From IMG/VR virus record IMGVR_UViG_2524614585_000001, positions 1-40,036 of that record: 40,036 bases of DNA. The stretch is one strand, 5' to 3'. Origin of the DNA: a virus. This document shows, in pieces, positions 34,306 to 40,036 of this stretch. Position numbers and translations under genes: made by a program. Positions within the stretch are counted from its first letter, which is position 1. Each line of letters opens with the position of its first letter. The notes beneath the pieces were generated by a model. The model ran no database searches and had not been told where the DNA came from. It saw nothing but the letters and a program-made list of their open reading frames with translations.

Positions 34306-34307
34306 TT

Positions 34308-34583
34308 TTAGTCCTCCTCATCTAAGTAATTTTGAAACACTTCCAAGATTTCTTCTAATTCGTTAACCACGCCATAACCCTCAAGGTAAAAACTACTTTC
34401 GAATATTTTATGAGTGAAATTACTCTCTTTATCAAAACCGACTCTCACGTTCAATTCGTTGACATGTCCGTGAAAATTGATAAACACTGATTTATCTGTA
34501 AAACGATTCACTTCAAGCCCAAGACTCATAACTTTTTCTGTTAACTCTTTGATTTCGTCTGTAATACTGTAATCCCTCACCAT
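34308..34583 (-). CDS. Hypothetical protein (91 aa)
   Basis: Packed ORF. Confidence 0.5.
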   Translation of the reverse strand: MVRDYSITDEIKELTEKVMSLGLEVNRFTDKSVFINFHGHVNELNVRVGFDKESNFTHKIFESSFYLEGYGVVNELEEILEVFQNYLDEED

Positions 34584-34732
34584 TCGTCCCCCTCCTCATT
34601 CAGTCCGTAAATATTTGCGTATTCTTCATCTAGCTGCGGATCAATGACAGTCGTTCTGTAAAGCATGATTGAGCTGAAAAATATTACTGTGATTAGAAAT
34701 ATTGGTACAACTACTTTTAAGTCATTCTTCAT
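34577..34732 (-). CDS. 51-aa single-TM micro-protein
   Basis: TAATG overlap upstream and ATGGTGA overlap downstream; VVVPIFLITVIFFSSIMLY. Confidence 0.45.
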   Translation of the reverse strand: MKNDLKVVVPIFLITVIFFSSIMLYRTTVIDPQLDEEYANIYGLNEEGDEW

Positions 34733-34959
34733 TACGACACCTCTTTTTTCTGTAGCATATGCACCATTTCCGGAAACAATTCTTCTATTGTTTTGCCATA
34801 GTGCTGTGCCAGAATAAATGCTTCTGCTAAATCAAAATTTGTTATTGCGTTTTCTCGATTCCAGTACGATGCTTTGCTTAGTCCAATTAACTTACCAACA
34901 TCCGCTGTGGACTCTCCTGCTTCGTTCCGTGCAATGTACAACTGATAAAACTTTTTCAT
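34732..34959 (-). CDS. Small XRE-like HTH protein (75 aa)
   Basis: TADVGKLIGLSKASYWNRE. Confidence 0.55.
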   Translation of the reverse strand: MKKFYQLYIARNEAGESTADVGKLIGLSKASYWNRENAITNFDLAEAFILAQHYGKTIEELFPEMVHMLQKKEVS

Positions 34960-35463
34960 TTATATTCTCCTTTCCATTCGCAACTTCGCATCCCGATTCT
35001 GATTCAGCTGCTGCGGTTTAATCTGATAATCTTGCATCAGCCGATTTACGAATCCTGTGCCTTCGAACAGGACATCTTGTAACTCTGAAATCATGTGATG
35101 CAGTCCTTCTTTTTCATCTTGTGTCAGATGCTCTGGCTGTTTGTCTAATCGATTGCGGTGTAGCACTTCCATAAACTCATCGATTTCCTTTTGAATCCGG
35201 AATACATAGGACATGCGGTGTCCGTCATAGACACGATCTGATGGTGTTGGCAATGTGTGTCCGCCGGTCATTTCATAGGCTACGTCGTTTAATAAATTGG
35301 CATCTGATGCATTGGATAGTGCGGCGCTGCACATCGTTTGTGTCATTGGCTTCTGACCACTCTCTACACGGCTGATGTAGGATTTGTCTACGTGTAACTG
35401 ATTGGCTACTTGCTGCTGCGTTAAGTTGTTTCGTTGTCTGTATTTGGAAATTATTGTTGGCAT
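34960..35463 (-). CDS. XRE-family HTH protein with an approximately 100-aa C-terminal domain
   Basis: LTQQQVANQLHVDKSYISRVESG; ATG 35463 after AGGAGGA. Confidence 0.65.
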   Translation of the reverse strand: MPTIISKYRQRNNLTQQQVANQLHVDKSYISRVESGQKPMTQTMCSAALSNASDANLLNDVAYEMTGGHTLPTPSDRVYDGHRMSYVFRIQKEIDEFMEVLHRNRLDKQPEHLTQDEKEGLHHMISELQDVLFEGTGFVNRLMQDYQIKPQQLNQNRDAKLRMERRI

Positions 35464-35603
35464 CTGTTGTCCTCCTGACAATTTATATAGATTGATTGTT
35501 GATTCGGATAACTCGTATACTGTGTATAGAGTTAATTAAGTTAGTCGCATAACTGATAACTCATCTAGTGCTAACCAATTGGTCGTTGGTTAGTACTTCC
35601 TCA

Positions 35604-35620
35604 AAAGAGTGATACTCTTT
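35604..35620 (-). terminator. Weak hairpin after the cro-ant-orf97 unit
   Basis: AAAGAGT-atc-ACTCTTT then TG. Confidence 0.35.
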
Positions 35621-35635
35621 CCGCATTGAGTTTCT

Positions 35636-35929
35636 TCACTTGTTATCTTTTATTAATTTAGAAAGCATTTCTTTATCGATATTGCCTTCGCTGTATTTTT
35701 CTCCGAGCATCGTTTCTGTTAAAGAAAGCCCTTGCGTTTTATTACTTTGGCTATCAATTTTTAAACGGAATATAACTTTATTCACCAAGTCAAGTGCTGC
35801 AGGCTCTTCTGCTAATTCCATTTCATTCATTACATCTGAAATATGTTCAACATATTCATCCATTGCTTTCGATTTGCCGGTTATAAAACCAATTTCCCAA
35901 GCTCTTTGCCAAAACTTAACTTTTTCCAT
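35636..35929 (-). CDS. Hypothetical protein (97 aa)
   Basis: Abuts the ant stop. Confidence 0.5.
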   Translation of the reverse strand: MEKVKFWQRAWEIGFITGKSKAMDEYVEHISDVMNEMELAEEPAALDLVNKVIFRLKIDSQSNKTQGLSLTETMLGEKYSEGNIDKEMLSKLIKDNK

Positions 35930-36697
35930 TTAAGAAACCTCCTGTTCAATCATTGGTAAGATATTGTTTTGCTTGAGTAATTCATACAGGAATAATCTTC
36001 CGTTCTGTGTCCACTTGGTATGCATTCTTACCGATGTACTACCATCTTTATGTTCAATCTCTGTCGTGTCCGAATGTGTTAAACCTTTACTGTGGTGTTT
36101 CGAGTAAAGTAACCATTGACCAGATTGTTTGTATTGAACTTTTAGATCGTGCAGTAACTTGTTGAGCGCCTGCGCTGACATTCCGTAATCTTTTGCGATT
36201 TGCCCGATTGTAACTAAGCTCTTGTTTTGTAAAATGTTGTCGTAGTAGCTTGCTTTAGGCTTCATTTCACTAATGCGTTGCCTGCTGATTTCAGTTTCGA
36301 GTCTTAATCTTTCGTTCTCTTCCTCTTTAGCTACTAATTCGAGTAACGCTTCTTTATAAGTAGTCGGAAGTTTGAGCGTTTGATTCTTGATGTGGTCTTC
36401 CATTTCGTTAAATTTGTTGATGTAATTCATTTTGAAATCGTTGTGCCCTTGAATATTGAACATGTAAAGTGTGAATCCATCTTTAGTAAGTAGGTACTCT
36501 GTTCTTAGCTCACCTTTTTTATCTCGGTATTCATTATCAATAATCAACGAACGAACATTATCGTCGGTTAAAATTCTTCTAATCTGGTTTATAACGTCGC
36601 CATGTCTCTTTCCGATTTGCTCCGCTACCACTCTGCTGCTTACGACAAGACCGAAATCTTCTTTGTTTTCAATTTGTATTTCTGCTAATTGATTCAT
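35930..36697 (-). CDS. Antirepressor (Rha-like N-terminus, KilAC/ANT C-terminus)
   Basis: VVSSRVVAEQIGKRHGDVINQIRR and SLVTIGQIAKDYGMSAQALNKLLHD. Confidence 0.7.
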   Translation of the reverse strand: MNQLAEIQIENKEDFGLVVSSRVVAEQIGKRHGDVINQIRRILTDDNVRSLIIDNEYRDKKGELRTEYLLTKDGFTLYMFNIQGHNDFKMNYINKFNEMEDHIKNQTLKLPTTYKEALLELVAKEEENERLRLETEISRQRISEMKPKASYYDNILQNKSLVTIGQIAKDYGMSAQALNKLLHDLKVQYKQSGQWLLYSKHHSKGLTHSDTTEIEHKDGSTSVRMHTKWTQNGRLFLYELLKQNNILPMIEQEVS

Positions 36698-36711
36698 GTC
36701 ATTCCTCCTAA

Positions 36712-36729
36712 TTAACGCAAAATGCGTAA
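36712..36729. promoter_or_regulatory. Operator-type inverted repeat TAACGCA-N4-GCGTAA between cro and ant
   Basis: Same T(R)ACGCA-N4-GCGTAA pattern as the site inside the cro promoter spacer. Confidence 0.5.
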
Positions 36730-36731
36730 AT

Positions 36732-36941
36732 TTAAACTAAAATTTTTTCATTTGGAAATAACTCTTCCAGTGGTTCGTTAAGAATTTCTGACAACTTATA
36801 TGCCATGTCTAACTTCGGCACGTAATTCTTATCCTTTTCGATGCTGTTGTAGTAGGACGATGTTTTGTACCCTAACTTCAATGCAACGTGTGTCTGCGTG
36901 ATACCTTTAGACTTGCGTATTTCTTCTAGTCTATGAGCCAT
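36732..36941 (-). CDS. cro: Cro-like XRE HTH regulator
   Basis: ITQTHVALKLGYKTSSYYNSIE; divergent from the cI-like gene. Confidence 0.75.
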   Translation of the reverse strand: MAHRLEEIRKSKGITQTHVALKLGYKTSSYYNSIEKDKNYVPKLDMAYKLSEILNEPLEELFPNEKILV

Positions 36942-37067
36942 TTAAACCCCTCCTTCCATTTAGTCGTCCATATCATGAATGATTCATCGCAATGGCTTAA
37001 TGTATTGATGCGCGGCTCATATCATCGCTCACTCTCGCTAGTCATTCATCATATCGCCGACTAAATT

Positions 37068-37174
37068 TTAATGCGTAATGCGTAACTCTTAATTAGCATT
37101 ATACTGACGCATTTCGCGTAAGTCAACACTTTTATTACGCTTTTTGAAAAATATATTTCTCTTAACGCATTAAA
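37068..37174. promoter_or_regulatory. Operator array: at least six GCGTAA/TTACGC half-sites
   Basis: TAATGCGTAATGCGTAA, TGACGCATTTCGCGTAA, TTACGC (37135), TAACGC (37163). Confidence 0.6.
37098..37126 (-). promoter_or_regulatory. Early lytic promoter: TTGACT, 17 nt, TATAAT
   Basis: Minus strand TTGACTtacgcgaaatgcgtcagTATAAT, with an operator filling the spacer. Confidence 0.75.
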
Positions 37175-37213
37175 AGGCTACAATTAGCATAAATTCACAT
37201 ATGAAAGAGAGCA

Positions 37214-37570
37214 ATGAATATGGATGTAAACCGATTAATCTCATTAAGGGAACGCAAAGGCTGGTCTAAGACTGAAGCAGCTAGACGTTTAAATATAGCT
37301 ACGAGCACTTACTCCGGCTATGAATACGGTCATCGTAAGCCTGATAATGATATGTTAGTAGAAATATCCGAGCTCTACGATGTGACTACTGATTACTTAT
37401 TAGGTAAAAGCGATGTTGCCAATGATCCATCCGACGACTTCGATGCTTTCATGTTTGAGGATAAAGAAGCGTTTGATGCCCTGCCTGATGATGTAAAACA
37501 GGAACTGATTAAAGAGATAAACGATAAGATTGAGTTTTTAGCATACAAGCAGAAGAATAAAGATAAGTAA
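37214..37570 (+). CDS. cI: CI-like / ImmR-like XRE repressor without an S24 autocleavage domain
   Basis: N-terminal HTH (WSKTEAARRLNIATSTYSGYE) plus an approximately 50-aa acidic helical tail; divergent from cro. Confidence 0.75.
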   Translation: MNMDVNRLISLRERKGWSKTEAARRLNIATSTYSGYEYGHRKPDNDMLVEISELYDVTTDYLLGKSDVANDPSDDFDAFMFEDKEAFDALPDDVKQELIKEINDKIEFLAYKQKNKDK

Positions 37571-37635
37571 TTGGGGCTATGCCCTATTATTTATAGATTG
37601 CAATTACATATATTACAATTAGAGGGGGATTTTGA

Positions 37636-38310
37636 ATGTCAGAAGAAGAACGTAAGCAACAGAAGAAACGGGGCGGTTGTCTCAAATGGGTATTAATCAT
37701 TTTCGGTGTACTCATTCTATTAGGCGCTTGTGGTGCGCTATTAGGTGGTGGGGATAACGCTACTAATACGACTCCAGAAGAAGCTACCAAAGAATCAGAA
37801 GAGCCTGCAGAAGAAGTGGAAACGGAAAGCGGCGAACAAGAAGAATCTGCAGAAGAAGATGAAGAGGTAGTTGAAGAGGATGAAGCTGTTGAAACAGTTG
37901 GCATCGGCGAAACATTAACTGTTGATGATATTGATTTTACTGTAAATGATATGTATCAACAAGATAGCGTAGGTGACGTTATAGCTTCAAATGCAAACGA
38001 TACTTATCTAATCTTAGATGTCTCCGTGACAAACAACCAAAATGAGGCAGTAACGCTCATGGATAGTTACTTCAAGATAGTCGATGGCGAAACAGTATTT
38101 GAACCAGACGGCACTGCATCAATGACAGCTAACCAAGCGATTAGCCCAGATAATTTAGGACTACTCGCAGAAGAAATAAATCCTGGATCTTCACGAGATG
38201 CATTAATTGTGTATGATATAACTCAAAGTGTCATAGACAGTCAAAGCAAGCAATTGCAAGTTCAGTCCGGAATGTTCGGTACTGAAACAGGAATCATAAA
38301 TCTACAATAA
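37636..38310 (+). CDS. DUF4352-like lipoprotein with an acidic linker
   Basis: Signal plus lipobox LLGAC, E-rich linker, beta-rich C-domain (TYLILDVSVTNNQNEAV). Confidence 0.7.
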   Translation: MSEEERKQQKKRGGCLKWVLIIFGVLILLGACGALLGGGDNATNTTPEEATKESEEPAEEVETESGEQEESAEEDEEVVEEDEAVETVGIGETLTVDDIDFTVNDMYQQDSVGDVIASNANDTYLILDVSVTNNQNEAVTLMDSYFKIVDGETVFEPDGTASMTANQAISPDNLGLLAEEINPGSSRDALIVYDITQSVIDSQSKQLQVQSGMFGTETGIINLQ

Positions 38311-38321
38311 GCAATACACCA

Positions 38322-38369
38322 GCTGACCACTGGAAGAATGAACATATTCAAGGTGGTCAGCACTTTTTT
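38322..38369 (+). terminator. Terminator after the lipoprotein gene
   Basis: GCTGACCAC-N22-GTGGTCAGC then ACTTTTTT. Confidence 0.6.
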
Positions 38370-38380
38370 AAACTTCAAAC

Positions 38381-38394
38381 CGAACATACGTTCT
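38381..38394 (+). promoter_or_regulatory. LexA (Cheo) box CGAACATACGTTCT
   Basis: Fits CGAAC-N4-GTTCG except the last base. The 12-nt core is identical to the box at 1071..1082 (reverse complement). Lies 20 nt before the ImmA-like ATG. Confidence 0.6.
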
Positions 38395-38413
38395 AAAATA
38401 AAGGGGTTTTCAC

Positions 38414-38863
38414 ATGAGAATTGAAGATAAAGTAAATGAAATCGTAGAATTATCAATATTAGATGTAATGGATTTATCAGTAGAACATCTCTCTTATATG
38501 TTCGATGTCCATATTTTATATAATCATCAATCTAACTTTTATGTTCAAAAAGCCGGTGTCGATATTATCGGTTTAAAATTTGATAAGCGACATGAGATGT
38601 TTAAAGCGTTCTGTCATGAAGCCGGTCATATGTTTTTACATGCGACCAATCAAAAGGCGATGCCGCAAACGTTTAACCAGCTGCAGGAAGCTGAAGCTGA
38701 GAAGTTCGCCCTACTCTTACAATTACCGGAGAATTTAATCATTAAGAATAAATGGTATGAACCAATCGATTTAATGAAGGAATTTAACGTATCTGAGGAG
38801 ATTGCGATTAAAAGATTACAGATGTTAAAGAGTCGCGCAGAAGTCTTGCAGCTGCAATTTTAG
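38414..38863 (+). CDS. ImmA/IrrE-family zinc metallopeptidase
   Basis: HEAGH (HEXXH) motif in a 149-aa protein within the repressor-integrase operon. Confidence 0.75.
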   Translation: MRIEDKVNEIVELSILDVMDLSVEHLSYMFDVHILYNHQSNFYVQKAGVDIIGLKFDKRHEMFKAFCHEAGHMFLHATNQKAMPQTFNQLQEAEAEKFALLLQLPENLIIKNKWYEPIDLMKEFNVSEEIAIKRLQMLKSRAEVLQLQF

Positions 38864-38874
38864 GAGGGAATACA

Positions 38875-39948
38875 ATGCCTGTATATGAAGCGAGTAATGG
38901 TACATGGTATGTGAAATTAAGTTATATCGATGAGTTCGGGGATAGAAAGTATAAGACAAAGCGGAATCTCCCGACACGGGGTAAAGCTAGAAAGTGGGAA
39001 GATGAGTTTTTCATCAAGCTGCAGGAAGGAGAATCGTCAGACTACCTATCATTTACAGTCCTGTCTGAACATTATATTGAGTGGTATTCCAAGCGGAGAA
39101 AACCATCCAGTATTAAGACGATAAAGAACTATGTCAATAATCATCTGGATCCGTACTTTAAGAAGATGAACGTCTACCGTATGAGTACGAAAGATATATT
39201 GAATTTTCACGACCACATGACAAATAAGATATTCAGAGATAAGCCGTTGAAGAAAGGTTATATCCAGGATGTACACACGGCGCTGAGCAGCATCTTAAAT
39301 CACGGGGTAAAATTCTATGATTTGAAGAAGAATGTTGCAGCACTGGCAGGGAATATCGAAAATGACGAGACACCGAGTTGGGATTACTGGACCTTGAATG
39401 AATTTGAATACTTCTATAATCAAGTTGACGACATTCTAATTAAGACATACTACCGCCTGCTCTTCTTTAGTGGACTGCGCCACGGAGAACTTCGCGCACT
39501 TACCTGGAATGATGTGAACCTAATTGATGGCTATGTCGATATTAACAAGACGAATTACAACGGCAAGGTGCATACACCAAAAACTAAAACATCTATCCGA
39601 AAAGTATATATCCCAAAACATGTGATTAATTTATTACATGAATATAAAATATGGTACCAAAGTGAAAAGGAATATAAAGATGATTATGTGGTGTTTGGTA
39701 ATTTCTATAAAGCATATGGGGAAAGTACAATACCGAAAAGGTACGATAAGATAATGGATGAAATAGATTTAAAAAGAATTAAGACACATGAGTTTCGACA
39801 TTCACATGCTTCTGATTGTATTAACCGGTTAAGGATGGATCGCGAAACTTTAGCAAAACGCTTAGGACATTCTTCATCAATTACAATCGAAAAAATATAT
39901 GGTCACTTGTATCCGAGCACAGAAAAAGATGCCATTTTAGACCTTTAA
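38875..39948 (+). CDS. int: Tyrosine integrase
   Basis: LRHGELRAL, HEFRHSHAS, LGHSS...YGHLY catalytic blocks. Confidence 0.9.
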   Translation: MPVYEASNGTWYVKLSYIDEFGDRKYKTKRNLPTRGKARKWEDEFFIKLQEGESSDYLSFTVLSEHYIEWYSKRRKPSSIKTIKNYVNNHLDPYFKKMNVYRMSTKDILNFHDHMTNKIFRDKPLKKGYIQDVHTALSSILNHGVKFYDLKKNVAALAGNIENDETPSWDYWTLNEFEYFYNQVDDILIKTYYRLLFFSGLRHGELRALTWNDVNLIDGYVDINKTNYNGKVHTPKTKTSIRKVYIPKHVINLLHEYKIWYQSEKEYKDDYVVFGNFYKAYGESTIPKRYDKIMDEIDLKRIKTHEFRHSHASDCINRLRMDRETLAKRLGHSSSITIEKIYGHLYPSTEKDAILDL

Positions 39949-40036
39949 GGGGTCAGAAAGGGGTCAAACGGGGGTCAAGACAAAAAGAAAAGGCTCAACC
40001 ACTAGGGTTAAGCCTTGTTTAGCGGAGATGGAGAGA
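39942..40036. repeat. Terminal direct repeat, copy 2 (starts 7 nt before the end of int)
   Basis: Identical to 1..95. Confidence 0.97.
39990..40016 (+). terminator. Hairpin after int (also present at 49..75)
   Basis: AAGGCTCAACC-actag-GGTTAAGCCTT (1 mismatch), weak T-tail. Confidence 0.45.

Larger units (their letters stand above)
1..39941. mobile_element. Complete temperate tailed-phage genome (unique unit 39,941 bp, closed by the 95-bp overlap)
   Basis: Lysogeny, recombination, replication, packaging, head, tail and lysis modules in canonical order; exact repeat 1..95 = 39942..40036. Confidence 0.85.

Noticed and set aside
37587-37904. 105-aa Ser-rich minus-strand ORF
   Set aside because: It is antisense to the GAA-rich acidic linker of the lipoprotein gene. 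This is a codon-repeat artefact with no RBS.
38394-38399. TAAAAT right after the LexA box as the -10 of the ImmA-like gene
   Set aside because: A start 6-8 nt downstream would fall inside or after the AAGGGG RBS. The true promoter could not be placed confidently, so only the box is reported.

Overview
The window is one complete, circularly closed genome of a temperate siphovirus-type phage. Gene content looks like phages of low-GC Gram-positive hosts (Bacillales/Staphylococcaceae-like). Bases 1-95 are identical to 39942-40036, so the unique unit is 39,941 bp.

Plus strand: a lysogeny operon of cI-like XRE repressor, DUF4352-like lipoprotein moron, ImmA/IrrE-type HEXXH protease and tyrosine integrase. 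Across the wrap-around this is followed by a probable attP with phased GGGGTCA repeats.

Minus strand, right to left:
- cro-like gene, Rha/KilAC antirepressor and extra HTH proteins
- YqaJ exonuclease, RecT and SSB
- a divergent ribbon-helix-helix / DUF559-like nuclease-fold cassette
- replisome organizer with in-gene repeats, and a DnaC-like loader
- about 20 small early genes, including ParB-like, YopX, dimeric dUTPase and RusA
- RinA-like late activator, TerS/TerL, portal and head genes
- tail genes: G/GT chaperone with a -1 frameshift at G GGA AAG, a 1000-aa tape measure with 4 x ~132-bp repeats, Dit and a 1267-aa Tal
- holin / amidase-CW_7 lysis cassette
- an AT-rich accessory island next to attP

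Most interesting observations:
- The same LexA (Cheo) box core GAACATACGTTC occurs twice, once before the ImmA-int pair and once before an orphan YolD-like gene.
- The AT-rich island carries a three-gene operon of unknown function.
- The RHH/nuclease-like cassette sits behind four phased GATATC boxes.

No tRNA, rRNA, CRISPR array or transposase was seen. All functional calls come from motif recognition by eye and gene order; no database search was possible.
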